From NCBI RefSeq assembly GCF_000196355.1, contig NC_007614.1, forward strand, positions 2,250,001-2,282,000: 32,000 nt of DNA. The letters run 5' to 3'. Below, piece after piece: positions 1 through 10,466 of the stretch; position 1 is the stretch's first letter; each line of letters begins with the position of its first letter. The position numbers and the translations under genes were made by a program. The stretch is from Nitrosospira multiformis ATCC 25196 (GTDB taxonomy: Bacteria; Pseudomonadota; Gammaproteobacteria; Burkholderiales; Nitrosomonadaceae). The notes under the pieces are model-generated. The model was not told the DNA's origin. It searched no databases and saw only the letters and a list, made by a program, of their open reading frames with translations.

Positions 1-2
1 AT

Positions 3-1217
3 CTTGCCGCGCGTTACGGGTACTCGGGAGCCTTGCTCTTTTTTGACCTTGATCAGTTCAAATACATCAACGATACCAGCGGGCATCAGGCGGGGGATGC
101 CTTGCTTAAAATGGTCGCGCGTCTGCTGCTTGGCAATATTCGCAGCGTCGACATACTTGGCCGCCTGGGAGGCGATGAATTCGCAGTGATTTTGCCCCAA
201 ACGACAGCCGAAGGGGCGATAGAAGTGGCAAAAAATACGCTTGCGAGCCTGAATCAGGGAAAGATTACGATAAATGGTCGCACTCATAAAGCGTCAGCCA
301 GCGTCGGTATCGCACTTTTTCCGGAGCACGGCAGCAATGTCCATGATCTCCTGGCCGCAGCCGATCTCGCCATGTATCAGGCAAAGGAAGCCGGACGAGG
401 AGGATGGCATTTGTTTTCTGACGAAGAGAAAACACGTGAACGCATGCATACTCTTGTCTATTGGAAGGAGAAGATTGAGTATGCTCTTTCACACGAACGT
501 TTCCTGTTCTATTTCCAGCCCATCATGCATGTTCGACGCAGGACCATCGATCATTACGAGGTGCTGCTTCGCATGATCGACAATGATGGAACTGTTCTTG
601 CACCCCAGTTTTTCATCCCCGCCGCGGAACAGACAGGTCTTATTCATGCCATCGACCATATGGTTTTACGTAAATCCATTGCGCAATCAGCTGAAATACA
701 ACGCGCCGGTCAGTGCATCCGTTTTTCCATAAACTTGTCGGCGCATGCATTTCACGATCCGGAACTGCTGCCGATACTGAAAGATGCATTTGCCGAGTAT
801 GGCGCGGATCCATCGAATTTCATGTTTGAAATAACCGAGACAGCAGCGCTTGAGGATTTGCCCGCGGCGCGGGAACTCATGGAGATGATTAAAAAGCTGG
901 GCTGCAGTTTCACGCTGGATGATTTCGGTGTCGGTTTCTCCTCCTTCTATTACATCCGGCAACTGCCGATCGATGTTGTAAAGATCGATGGCTCCTTCAT
1001 ACGAAATCTGGCAGACAGCCCCGATGACCAAATACTGGTGCAGGCTTTGTGCGATGTGGCAAGGGGATTCGGAAAGAAGACAACGGCGGAGTTCGTGGAA
1101 AATGCAGCGACCTTTTCAATCCTTGAGAAAATGCAGATCGACTATGCCCAGGGATTTTTGATTGGAACGCCTTCTCCCGCTTATGACACATCGTTCAGCG
1201 ATTTCGCGAAGATGTGA
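3..1217 (+). CDS. GGDEF-EAL (diguanylate cyclase/phosphodiesterase) protein, 5' end outside window
   Basis: Frame is open from base 3 (LAARYGYSGALLFFDLDQFKYIND...) so the TTG at 33 is not the true start. GGDEF motif in GRLGGDEFAVILP; EAL-domain signatures YEVLLRM, FEITETAALED, DDFGVGFSS, VKIDGSFI and QGFLIGTP. Confidence 0.95.
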   Translation, partial: LAARYGYSGALLFFDLDQFKYINDTSGHQAGDALLKMVARLLLGNIRSVDILGRLGGDEFAVILPQTTAEGAIEVAKNTLASLNQGKITINGRTHKASASVGIALFPEHGSNVHDLLAAADLAMYQAKEAGRGGWHLFSDEEKTRERMHTLVYWKEKIEYALSHERFLFYFQPIMHVRRRTIDHYEVLLRMIDNDGTVLAPQFFIPAAEQTGLIHAIDHMVLRKSIAQSAEIQRAGQCIRFSINLSAHAFHDPELLPILKDAFAEYGADPSNFMFEITETAALEDLPAARELMEMIKKLGCSFTLDDFGVGFSSFYYIRQLPIDVVKIDGSFIRNLADSPDDQILVQALCDVARGFGKKTTAEFVENAATFSILEKMQIDYAQGFLIGTPSPAYDTSFSDFAKM

Positions 1218-1311
1218 CGGAAGCCGTGCTCTGGCATGCCGGGAATGCATGAAGAAAACAAGCTTTTGGTCTCGCACCCGCCCTCGCCATCTTTTGCAGC
1301 ACACTCATCTT

Positions 1312-2493
1312 TCACGCTTCATCCGGCTCGGGATCATCCGCAAACTCCACTTTTGGCTCGCTATCTGACGGGCCCTCTTCCTGACCTTCCCTAGGGCCAG
1401 TGTGGCCGGGAATTTTTGGAGTTGTGCACGCAACATCCGCGTTTTGTGCCCTATTGCGCAGCGCATGGTCCATCAATACCAGCGCCAGCATTGCTTCCGC
1501 AATGGGCGTAGCCCGGATACCGACACAGGGGTCATGTCTTCCATGAGTTTCCACTATTGCCGGATTGCCCATCTTGTCTACTGAGCGGCGCGGCAGACGT
1601 ATGCTTGAAGTGGGCTTGACGGCGATATTCACCACGATATCCTGACCGGTGGAAATCCCGCCCAATATGCCTCCCGCATTATTGCTGAGAAAACCCCCGG
1701 GACTGATTTCATCGGAGTGCTCCGTTCCCTTCTGACTTACAGAAGCAAATCCAGCTCCGATTTCGACGCCTTTAACGGCGTTGATGCTCATCATGCCATA
1801 GGCGATTTCGGCATCGAGGCGATCATATACAGGTTCGCCCCACCCCACGGGCACACCTTCGGCAACCACACGAATCCTGGCGCCCACCGAGTCGCCCGAT
1901 TTCCGCAGTTTGTCCATGAATTCTTCCAGGCTGGGCACGATGTCCGGGTCAGCCGAAAAAAAGGGATTCTCACCCACTGCTTCCCATTGTTTGAATGGAA
2001 TCTCGACAGGTCCCAGTTGCGCCATATGACCTCTTATTACCACTCCATATCTTGCACGCAGCCATTTTTTTGCTATGGCTGCTGCCGCCACCCGCACGGC
2101 GGTTTCGCGCGCGGATGAACGTCCTCCTCCCCGGTAATCGCGTATGCCGTATTTTTGCCAATAAACATAGTCCGCGTGCCCGGGGCGGAAAGTATCCATG
2201 ATTTTGCTGTAGTCCTTGCTGCGTTGATCTTCGTTGCGAATCAACAACGCGATCGGTGTTCCCGTAGTCTTGCCCTCGAACACGCCCGAAAGAATTTCCA
2301 CCGTATCGGGCTCGCGCCGCTGGGTTACGTGCCGGGAGGTGCCGGGCTTGCGCCGATCAAGATCCTGCTGGATATCCTCAGCGGACAGTTCCATTCCCGG
2401 GGGACAACCATCCACTACGCATCCTAAGGCAGGGCCATGGGATTCCCCGAAAGACGTCACGCAAAACAGTTTGCCAAAGGTATTGCCGGACAT
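1312..2493 (-). CDS. aroC: Chorismate synthase
   Basis: [63 protein letters not shown] and [17 protein letters not shown] are AroC signatures; acidic C-terminal extension. Confidence 0.97.
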   Translation of the reverse strand: MSGNTFGKLFCVTSFGESHGPALGCVVDGCPPGMELSAEDIQQDLDRRKPGTSRHVTQRREPDTVEILSGVFEGKTTGTPIALLIRNEDQRSKDYSKIMDTFRPGHADYVYWQKYGIRDYRGGGRSSARETAVRVAAAAIAKKWLRARYGVVIRGHMAQLGPVEIPFKQWEAVGENPFFSADPDIVPSLEEFMDKLRKSGDSVGARIRVVAEGVPVGWGEPVYDRLDAEIAYGMMSINAVKGVEIGAGFASVSQKGTEHSDEISPGGFLSNNAGGILGGISTGQDIVVNIAVKPTSSIRLPRRSVDKMGNPAIVETHGRHDPCVGIRATPIAEAMLALVLMDHALRNRAQNADVACTTPKIPGHTGPREGQEEGPSDSEPKVEFADDPEPDEA

Positions 2494-2645
2494 TTCACTT
2501 TTCTAGCCAAATCGAGGCTCGAAGTTTAACATATCCCCATAGCCTTACCGTCCTCCGCTACGCCTTTCATTCCTGTTCCACTCGTAGCCGAGGATCGCAC
2601 GCGTATTGTTGATCAGCCATCCAGAAAGAAGAATAAAGGGAAATC

Positions 2646-3647
2646 ATGAAAGCGATACTGATGAATGCTCCGGGTGCACCAGAGGTGTTGACACCTGCCG
2701 ACGTTCCCATGCCCGATCTTGCCGGCGCATTTGATGTGCGGGTAAAGTTGCACGCGGCGGGCGTAAACCCGATCGATACCAAGGTGCGCAAGGCCAATAT
2801 GTATTACCCGGACAGGCTTCCGTCCATTCTCGGATGTGATGGGGCGGGTGTGGTTGAAGCCGTTGGCAGTTCAGTGACCCGGGTACGCGCAGGCGATGAA
2901 GTCTTCTTTTTCAATAACGGTTTGGGCGGAGCGCCCGGAAACTATGCGGAATATGCGGTAGTGCATGAAGATTATCTGGCATTGAAACCTGGGAATCTGT
3001 CAATGGTGGAAGCAGCCGCTGTTCCGTTGGCTCTGATTACCGCCTGGGAAGCACTGATAAAGCGTGGCAATCTCAAGGGGAGCCAGATTGCGCTGATTCA
3101 TGCCGGCGCGGGTGGCGTGGGTCATATTGCCATCCAGCTTGCCCGATACCTGAAGGCCCGGGTTGCAACGACAATTTCGAGCGAGGAAAAGGCTGCCTTC
3201 GTGCAATCCCTGGGAGCCGAGCTTGCAATCGATTATCGCGAAAATGACTTTGTGGACACTGCGCTCGAATGGACGGAGGGACTGGGTGTGAACCTCGCTC
3301 TGGATACTGTCGGTGGAGAGACGTTCTGCAAATCCTTCTCCGCCATCCGGCTGTATGGCAGGGTGGTATCGCTGCTTTCAACGGTCTGTGATGCAAAGCA
3401 GCTCAATACTGCCCGACTGCGCAACCTGAGCATCGGCTATGTGCAAATGACTGCTCCCCTTTATTTCGGTTTACATTCGGCGCGTGTAGTCCAAACCGGC
3501 ATACTTGAACAAGGTGCAAGACTGCTCGAACAAGGTATTCTCAAGATTCACGTCAGCCGCACGCTGCCTCTGACGGAAGCCGCCGAAGCGCATCGTTTGA
3601 TCGAAGCGGGGCATACTCTGGGCAAGATAGTGCTGAAGATTGTGTAG
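2646..3647 (+). CDS. MDR-family zinc-type alcohol dehydrogenase / quinone oxidoreductase
   Basis: GroES-like N-terminus (VKLHAAGVNPIDTKVR, LGCDGAGVVEAVG) and nucleotide-binding AGAGGVGHIAIQLAR. Confidence 0.9.
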   Translation: MKAILMNAPGAPEVLTPADVPMPDLAGAFDVRVKLHAAGVNPIDTKVRKANMYYPDRLPSILGCDGAGVVEAVGSSVTRVRAGDEVFFFNNGLGGAPGNYAEYAVVHEDYLALKPGNLSMVEAAAVPLALITAWEALIKRGNLKGSQIALIHAGAGGVGHIAIQLARYLKARVATTISSEEKAAFVQSLGAELAIDYRENDFVDTALEWTEGLGVNLALDTVGGETFCKSFSAIRLYGRVVSLLSTVCDAKQLNTARLRNLSIGYVQMTAPLYFGLHSARVVQTGILEQGARLLEQGILKIHVSRTLPLTEAAEAHRLIEAGHTLGKIVLKIV

Positions 3648-3732
3648 CGGTTTCATTCTTCAAGGTATTCCGCCGGCTGCGTGAGGTTGGGCTTTCAAGA
3701 AGAATCGTGGATTTCCAGCGTTCCTCCCGTTT

Positions 3733-4827
3733 TCAGCTTTTTCCCTCGCCGATTGAAGTCCCCACTTTCGATCCCAGATCCATCGCAAGGCTCTGGAGTG
3801 CCTCGCCTTCATACAGGCCATCGAGAAAGCGCCGGGGTATTCCCGACAGACCGACCTGGGCTCCAACGAGCGCACCGGTCAAAGCGGCACGCGCCTGGTT
3901 TTCGCCACCGCCATTCACTGCGTGGAGCACAGCCGATTCGAAATCATTCGGAAAACGGGCAGTGAGATGATAGGCTGCGGGAAGCTGATGATAAATGGCA
4001 CAGGTCATGCCATAAACGATGGAGACTTTCCATGCCGGTTCTATCCGGATATCCGGGTCTAGCGCAGCTGCCGCTATATATGAGGGTGTGAGCAGAGCGT
4101 CCGGAGAGACGGAATATCCACTTTCGCAGGGAAGGTCTTCTTGGGGCGGCTGCAAGTCGGTATGTGCCATCGTATGAAAAGGCAATTTTCCCGCCCTTGC
4201 CAATCGCATGAGCTTGCCGGAAAGACTCCTGTTGAGCTGGTGTCCCTGTACCAGGAGACTCAGTACCGATCCGTACGCGACAGTCAGGGTAACCACAGTA
4301 CCGTCGATCTGGGTAAGCCGGGTATTGCTGGAGACAACGGCCGCCATCTCTTGTGGCTGAAAGGCGTAACGGACCGCCAGGGCCAGCGTGCGACCTATTG
4401 CTTCAGTGGTATCGGCCTGACCTCCCGTTTGGCCCCATGGCTGATTCTCCTGAACACGCTTGCGCCAGGTGTCTCGAATCGACTGCTGGGTATAGCCGCC
4501 AGGGCCGTTCACGGGCATGCCGTTAAGAAATGGGAATATTTCCTCATCCATCCGCTGGCAGAAATCCGCTTCGTCATAGCCGCCGCGCTCGACGAGCGAG
4601 CGCAGCATGAGCCGGAGAATGATACCCGTCTGTGACAGTTGGCCTGCCTTGAGGTCACTGTGGTAGCGGCCGGGCTTGGGATCGGTATAAGTCGTGATCC
4701 AGTCGCCGTAGTCACGCCGGAGCACTGCCAGATCGTAGTACCAGTGAGGACCGAGGCCCAGGGCATCCCCGATAAAAGCGCCCATGACGGCGCCGGCAGC
4801 GCGATTCTGTATGGTAGGGTCGGACAT
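3733..4827 (-). CDS. ADP-ribosylglycohydrolase-family protein, divergent
   Basis: AAGAVMGAFIGDALGLGPHWYYD N-terminus and C-terminal AVLHAVNGGGENQARAALTGALVGAQVGLSGIP resemble the DraG/ARH fold, but the usual Asp-rich metal motifs are altered. Confidence 0.8.
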   Translation of the reverse strand: MSDPTIQNRAAGAVMGAFIGDALGLGPHWYYDLAVLRRDYGDWITTYTDPKPGRYHSDLKAGQLSQTGIILRLMLRSLVERGGYDEADFCQRMDEEIFPFLNGMPVNGPGGYTQQSIRDTWRKRVQENQPWGQTGGQADTTEAIGRTLALAVRYAFQPQEMAAVVSSNTRLTQIDGTVVTLTVAYGSVLSLLVQGHQLNRSLSGKLMRLARAGKLPFHTMAHTDLQPPQEDLPCESGYSVSPDALLTPSYIAAAALDPDIRIEPAWKVSIVYGMTCAIYHQLPAAYHLTARFPNDFESAVLHAVNGGGENQARAALTGALVGAQVGLSGIPRRFLDGLYEGEALQSLAMDLGSKVGTSIGEGKS

Positions 4828-5026
4828 GTTCTGATCCTCCTTTTCGCAGGAAATACAAAAGTTTCAGCTTCTGGTCGTGAAGCGTAACAGCAGGCGGAAG
4901 AACCATTTTTTTATATTGGTCGCATGTGGGCCTGCAAAACCCGCTCAATCAGAAAGGGGCATGTATCCGAACAATTTCGATAAGCGGGAACAAGATAGGA
5001 TCTATATCCACTATTCCTGTTAAAGG

Positions 5027-6511
5027 TCAAAGGGAGCCTGAAAACATGACCCTGAGCATCTCCACGCCCCACGCCACACCAAACCCGGTCACCGGGCTTG
5101 CCACCGCACCCAGTCCTTCCTTGTGATTGCTCGCGGAAAGGTCCATATGCAGCCAGGGAACGTCATCCACGAAGCGATTGAGAAATCTGGCGGCGAGAAT
5201 ATGATCGGCGTCGCCCTCCAGGGTGCACTGCCTCACATCGGCAATCTTGCTTTCCAGTTCAACATCATAATCCGCATCGAGGGGAAATCCCCAGACCCGT
5301 TCGCCTGTTACCCTCCCTGCTGTCAACGCCTTCTGCATCAACTCTTCGCGATTGCTGAAAATGCCGCTGTAGCGCGATCCCAGCGCCACGTGCATGCTTC
5401 CTGTCAGCGTTGCGAAATCCATCATAATATCGGGCTTCTCTCTCGCTGCCATCGTCAGGGTGTCCGCGAGCACCATTCGTCCTTCGGCATCCGTATGGAC
5501 GATCTCTACAGTAGTCCCATTGAGCGTCCTGATGACATCATTCTGCTTGTAGGCATGCGGGCTGATATGGTTCTGTGCGATGGCAAGCCAGCAATCGATA
5601 TTCACGGGGAGGTTGGCGCGGGTTGCAGCCAACAGTATGCCCAGGGCAACAGCGGAGCCATTCATGTCCTCGTGCATACCATGCATGTAACGTGCCGGCT
5701 TCAGGTTATGCCCTCCGGTATCGAAGCAGATACCCTTGCCCACCAGGGCGGCTGTCTTGTCCACTTTTTTCATTCGCCGCCGCACATGCACTATGGCTGC
5801 GTCTTCGGGATCGCTTCCCTGGGCAACCGCGACAAAAGCGCCGGCGCCCATCTCGCGCAGCGCTTTGACATCGAAATCCTGATAGTCCCAGCCTTCCCTT
5901 GTTGCCAGTTCCTGGATACGCTTGCGGTAGAGCCCCGGCGTCAACTCATTGGGTGGCAACACCGTAAGCTCCCGCGTAAGCAGATTTCCTTCCGCCATGG
6001 CCTTCAACAGGGCAAAATTATCCGCTTCCTCATGCCCGTGCAGCACGATTCGTTCGAGCCCGCGGCAGTTCTCCTCCTTTTTGCCCGTTTTGCGCGATGG
6101 CAGTAACGAACCATTGATCCATGCTGCGTAGAGGGCCAGTTGCGCCGCCATCCGCTTTTCGGCGGAGTCGCCATAAACGGTAACGCTTATTTCGGAAGGG
6201 CTTTCTTCCAGTAACAACTGCAAGGCTTTACGCATCGATACTTGCTGCTCGAACACGGACTTGATCGGATCGACCCTCACCCACGCGCATAATTCGCCAC
6301 TCGGGAGATTGGCTGAAACCGGCGTTCCGCTGATTTCTTCCGCCTTCATTTTGCGCCGCGACAACAGGACGCTCAGCAAATCTTTTCCGAAAAAATCGAG
6401 CTCACCCGATGGTTCGGGCCGGGCGGGCAATACCACCAGGATATGAGTGACTTTGCCTGCGTCGTCAAGGGAGGCGAGGGGAGCATTTTTCTGCGTGAGC
6501 GCTGCAAGCAT
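5027..6511 (-). CDS. M17-family (leucyl) aminopeptidase
   Basis: [26 protein letters not shown] and [14 protein letters not shown] retain the expected metal/catalytic residues (K, D, K, D, D, E, R) of M17 peptidases. Confidence 0.9.
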   Translation of the reverse strand: MLAALTQKNAPLASLDDAGKVTHILVVLPARPEPSGELDFFGKDLLSVLLSRRKMKAEEISGTPVSANLPSGELCAWVRVDPIKSVFEQQVSMRKALQLLLEESPSEISVTVYGDSAEKRMAAQLALYAAWINGSLLPSRKTGKKEENCRGLERIVLHGHEEADNFALLKAMAEGNLLTRELTVLPPNELTPGLYRKRIQELATREGWDYQDFDVKALREMGAGAFVAVAQGSDPEDAAIVHVRRRMKKVDKTAALVGKGICFDTGGHNLKPARYMHGMHEDMNGSAVALGILLAATRANLPVNIDCWLAIAQNHISPHAYKQNDVIRTLNGTTVEIVHTDAEGRMVLADTLTMAAREKPDIMMDFATLTGSMHVALGSRYSGIFSNREELMQKALTAGRVTGERVWGFPLDADYDVELESKIADVRQCTLEGDADHILAARFLNRFVDDVPWLHMDLSASNHKEGLGAVASPVTGFGVAWGVEMLRVMFSGSL

Positions 6512-6597
6512 GGAATCACCTTTATTCTGTTAGAATGTCCATTATACTCGGGGCGTTTCCTTTTACTAAATTCCGCAGCCCGACAATACCGACTTCG

Positions 6598-7392
6598 ATG
6601 CGCCAGTACCTCGATCTCATGCAGCATGTTCTGGAGCACGGACAAAAAAAATCCGATCGCACCGGCACAGGCACTCTCTCCGTTTTCGGCTACCAGATGC
6701 GCTTCGACCTGTCTGAAGGTTTTCCCCTGCTGACGACAAAGAAACTGCATCTGAAATCCATCATTTACGAACTGCTCTGGTTTTTGAAAGGGGATACCAA
6801 TATAAGGTATCTCAACGAAAATGACGTTTCCATCTGGGATGAATGGGCGGATGAGAATGGCGATCTGGGACCGATATATGGCCGCCAGTGGCGCTCCTGG
6901 CCGAACGGGAAGGGAGGCCATATCGATCAGATCGAACAGGTAGTCGAGCAGATCAGGAACACGCCCGATTCCCGGCGCATGCTGGTATCGTCCTGGAATG
7001 TGGGGGAACTGCAGGAAATGAAGCTGGCGCCGTGCCACGCGCTGTTTCAGTTCTATGTGGCGGAGGACAAGCTTTCCTGCCAGCTTTACCAGCGCAGCGC
7101 TGACATCTTCCTGGGCGTTCCGTTCAATATTGCCTCCTATGCTCTGCTTACGCTCATGCTGGCGCAAAGCTGTGATTTACGCGCGGGTGAATTCGTCCAT
7201 ACTTTTGGCGATGCGCATCTTTATCTCAACCATCTGGAACAGGCACGCGAGCAATTGGAGCGGGGGCCGAAAAAACTGCCTATCATGAAATTGAACCCGG
7301 CAATCCGGAACGTTTTCGACTTCCGGTATGAGGATTTCAACCTGGAAGGGTACGACCCTCATCCGTCAATCAAGGCACCCATTGCAGTATGA
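6598..7392 (+). CDS. thyA: Thymidylate synthase
   Basis: [60 protein letters not shown] with catalytic Cys. ORF-track start 6535 is upstream; the homologous start is the ATG at 6598. Confidence 0.96.
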   Translation: MRQYLDLMQHVLEHGQKKSDRTGTGTLSVFGYQMRFDLSEGFPLLTTKKLHLKSIIYELLWFLKGDTNIRYLNENDVSIWDEWADENGDLGPIYGRQWRSWPNGKGGHIDQIEQVVEQIRNTPDSRRMLVSSWNVGELQEMKLAPCHALFQFYVAEDKLSCQLYQRSADIFLGVPFNIASYALLTLMLAQSCDLRAGEFVHTFGDAHLYLNHLEQAREQLERGPKKLPIMKLNPAIRNVFDFRYEDFNLEGYDPHPSIKAPIAV

Positions 7393-7940
7393 CACCTCGA
7401 CTCTCCGTTTTGGTGGCGATGGCGCGAAATCGCGCCATCGGTCATAAGAACGCGATCCCCTGGCACTTGCCGCACGACCTCAAGCATTTCAAGGAGCTTA
7501 CGATGGGGCATCCCATGATCATGGGACGCAAGACGTATGAATCCATCGGCCGGCTTCTTCCCGGCCGCACCAGCATCATTATCACAAGACAACCTGATTA
7601 TGAAGTTCCGGGCGCACTGGTGGTCAGCTCCATAGGAGAAGCGCTCAGCGCCTGCAAGCAGATAAGAAGCGGAGAAGAGGGGCATCCCGATCAAGGGAAC
7701 GAATGTTTCGTCATTGGGGGTGCAGATATATTCCAGCAAATGCTGCCGCTATGTGATCGCCTGTATATGACCGAGATCCACAGGGATTTCGAGGGTGATA
7801 CGTATTTTCCGGAATTTGACAGGAATGATTGGTGGGAGGTCTCGCGCGAAGAGCATGTGGATGACAGTGGGCTGGAGTACCATTTTGTCACACTCGATCG
7901 CATGGCGAGTCAGCAGGAACAAGGCGCTCAGCGACTCTGA
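7389..7940 (+). CDS. folA: Dihydrofolate reductase
   Basis: [53 protein letters not shown]; ATGA overlap with thyA stop. Confidence 0.96.
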   Translation: MTPRLSVLVAMARNRAIGHKNAIPWHLPHDLKHFKELTMGHPMIMGRKTYESIGRLLPGRTSIIITRQPDYEVPGALVVSSIGEALSACKQIRSGEEGHPDQGNECFVIGGADIFQQMLPLCDRLYMTEIHRDFEGDTYFPEFDRNDWWEVSREEHVDDSGLEYHFVTLDRMASQQEQGAQRL

Positions 7941-7980
7941 GTTCCGGGCTCTGATTCCCGACAAGCGTTCCTGCAAAAAA

Positions 7981-8017
7981 AGTGGCGGGCCACAGATAAC
8001 TGTGACCCGCCTTTTTT
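7981..8017. terminator. Probable bidirectional intrinsic terminator
   Basis: GGCGGGCCACAG-ATAA-CTGTGACCCGCC (12-bp stem, one mismatch), followed by a T-tract and preceded by an A-tract, between convergent folA and the decarboxylase gene. Confidence 0.85.
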
Positions 8018-8106
8018 ATTATTATTGTCCGATTGCGCTGCCTGACCGTCCCGGAAACAGCTTGTCGAGAAGCGGGCTGGCAAGCGGGAATCCTGATTTT
8101 ATTGAC

Positions 8107-9282
8107 TTACAGGACGACGACCTCTGGCAAAGGAAAGCCGTTGAAGTTACTGGCGTAGGCTGTCGTATAAGCGCCGGCATTGGGTATATAGATGAAATCG
8201 CCTTCCTCGATATCCTCCGGCAGGAGTTCATCGCGCATCAAAATATCGACCGAATCACAGGTTGGCCCTGCTACAGACCAGGGAATGCTCGGTCCCGTGC
8301 GATCAGAAAGAATTTCATACCGTAAACCCTCCGTGACCTCGATCACGCCCCCAAAGACGCCTGCATCCCAATACATCCAGCGTTTGCCGTTGCGGGTGGC
8401 CGTTCCTACTACGCGGCAGACAAAATAGGCCGCATCCGAGACGAGGTAGCGCCCGGGCTCAGCCATGATGCGAATGTTCTCCGGCAGGTTCGCAATCGCT
8501 TCGTTCACGACCTCACCGATAACTTCTATCGATGGAATGGGCTTGACATGCCGCACCGGATAGCCGCCGCCGATATTGAGCAAACGCGGTGACAATCCTG
8601 CCTGGCGCATGTCGGCGAATACCTTGATTGCCCGCTCGATGCCCACCCGCCAGTTCTGCGGATTACGGCATTGCGATCCGACGTGGAAGGTCACGCCGGC
8701 GAGATCAGCCTGAAGGTTCGCGGCTTCGTCAATAATCTCCTTGATCTCGGCCACATGCGTGCCGAACTTGCCGGCAAGCGGCCAGTCGCTCCCGATGTTG
8801 GGCGTATCGATCCGCAAATACAGTTTCGCATCCGGCTTCACGCTGACGATCTTGCGTAGCTCCTCGACACTATCCAGTACATACCACTCCACGCCTTTGG
8901 CTGCGGCATATTCCAGGTACGCCCGGGATTTCATCGGATTACTGTAATAAATATCCGCGGCAGGCACATTCAGGCTGAGCAGGAGGTCAAGCTCTGAAAT
9001 GGAGGCAATTTCAAACCCAACGCCTTCCTCGATCAGCGTTTTCAATACGCGCGGATCAGGATTGGCCTTGACCGCGTAGTGCGGCTGCACGCGCGGCATG
9101 GCCGCTTTGAATCTTCGGGCCTTGTTGCGGATGATATTACTGTCAACCAGCAGGAATGGCTTGCTGTAGCCCTGTTTGAGGGCTGCCTGAACGTGTTCAA
9201 AATCCAGGCTGACTTCGGGGTGAGTGTCGAATATTTCTTCTACTTCTACGGGTTGCCGTAGAGCGGTATTACGCATTTGCAT
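8107..9282 (-). CDS. Fold-type III PLP decarboxylase (ornithine/lysine decarboxylase-like)
   Basis: PHYAVKANPDPRVLKTL PLP-lysine motif, GVTFHVGSQ, LNIGGGYP, AEPGRYLV and the GPTCDSVD motif typical of ODC/LDC. Confidence 0.88.
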   Translation of the reverse strand: MQMRNTALRQPVEVEEIFDTHPEVSLDFEHVQAALKQGYSKPFLLVDSNIIRNKARRFKAAMPRVQPHYAVKANPDPRVLKTLIEEGVGFEIASISELDLLLSLNVPAADIYYSNPMKSRAYLEYAAAKGVEWYVLDSVEELRKIVSVKPDAKLYLRIDTPNIGSDWPLAGKFGTHVAEIKEIIDEAANLQADLAGVTFHVGSQCRNPQNWRVGIERAIKVFADMRQAGLSPRLLNIGGGYPVRHVKPIPSIEVIGEVVNEAIANLPENIRIMAEPGRYLVSDAAYFVCRVVGTATRNGKRWMYWDAGVFGGVIEVTEGLRYEILSDRTGPSIPWSVAGPTCDSVDILMRDELLPEDIEEGDFIYIPNAGAYTTAYASNFNGFPLPEVVVL

Positions 9283-9416
9283 GAGATCGCCCTTCCTTTT
9301 GAAGACGCTACGTTACGGGGGTATGAATATTTACCAGATCGGCCGTGATGAAGTAGTTTGCTTTGCCTGTCATGATGACCTCCTGTCCTTCGATTTGATA
9401 ACTTAAAAAAATGCGG

Positions 9417-9444
9417 ATTATAGACTTGATTCCGGCGGAATCAA
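9417..9444 (-). promoter_or_regulatory. Candidate sigma70 promoter of the decarboxylase gene
   Basis: On the minus strand TTGATT (9444-9439), 16 nt spacer, TATAAT (9422-9417), about 135 nt upstream of the 9282 start. Confidence 0.55.
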
Positions 9445-9791
9445 GCGTTTTTTTGAATGTGGAAAAGACCCTGTGTGGGCGCCGAAGTTCCCCTTGGACG
9501 TATCGTATTCCCGCAGTTGGGGATTTTGCAAAATAAGGAAAATACTAGGGGTGAAGTAGACGGGCGAAGTTAAGTGCCGCTTTGTCTGTTGCCCGAAGCT
9601 TGCATAACGATCAATATCTCTCTACCTGAGTCGGGATGGATAAAGGGCCATCGTTTGCCCTGAATCTTTCATCGCCGCTCGCCCTGATCTTCGAGGCTGT
9701 TGATGGATCGAGGATCGAACGGTGTTCAGGACAAGCCCTTAGACCCCCTCAGAAGCTTGGGACAGGCTTGTGAGGGAAGGATCGGATGTGT

Positions 9792-10361
9792 TCAGATTTT
9801 TGGCAGTGTCACCCCATGCTGCCCCTGGTATTTCCCCCCCCTGTCCTTGTAAGAGGTCTCGCAGATCTCGTCAGATTCGAAAAAGATTACCTGCGCTACC
9901 CCTTCATTCGCGTAAATCTTTGCGGGAAGAGGTGTGGTATTGGAAAACTCCAGTGTAACGAAACCTTCCCACTCCGGCTCGAAGGGGGTGACGTTGACAA
10001 TGATGCCGCAACGGGCATAAGTGGATTTTCCGAGGCAAATGGTCAATACATTTCTCGGAATGCGAAAGTATTCAACTGTGCGGGCAAGCGCAAAGGAATT
10101 GGGCGGAATAAGACAGATGTTGCTTTTCACGTCGACAAAGGAGTTGGAATCGAAGTTTTTAGGATCCACGATGGCGGAGTTGATATTGGTGAACAGCTTG
10201 AATTCATCCGAGCAGCGAATGTCGTACCCATAACTCGAAGTGCCGTATGAAACGATCTTGTGTCCGTCAGGGGCATGCTTGACCTGGTTCGGCTCGAACG
10301 GCTCGATCATGCCGTGCTCCATCGCCATCCGGCGAATCCACTTATCCGACTTGATTGTCAT
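9792..10361 (-). CDS. dcd: dCTP deaminase
   Basis: [70 protein letters not shown]. Confidence 0.96.
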   Translation of the reverse strand: MTIKSDKWIRRMAMEHGMIEPFEPNQVKHAPDGHKIVSYGTSSYGYDIRCSDEFKLFTNINSAIVDPKNFDSNSFVDVKSNICLIPPNSFALARTVEYFRIPRNVLTICLGKSTYARCGIIVNVTPFEPEWEGFVTLEFSNTTPLPAKIYANEGVAQVIFFESDEICETSYKDRGGKYQGQHGVTLPKI

Positions 10362-10466
10362 GTTGAAAAAAAGAATGCGAGGTGAACAGAATGTACAAGC
10401 GGGGGAAGACGGAAAGCAGCCAAACCTCCCCGCCTCCTTCCAGAGATCATCTTTCCATTTCCGGAA

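Noticed and set aside
2567-2797. 76-aa minus-strand ORF overlapping the oxidoreductase start
   Set aside because: No ribosome-binding site or homology evident; conflicts with a strong plus-strand gene.
5123-6106. 327-aa plus-strand ORF
   Set aside because: Antisense to the M17 aminopeptidase gene; no recognisable domain.
7389-7392. ATGA overlap between thyA and folA as an unusual coupling
   Set aside because: Translational coupling in this operon is common and expected; no novelty.
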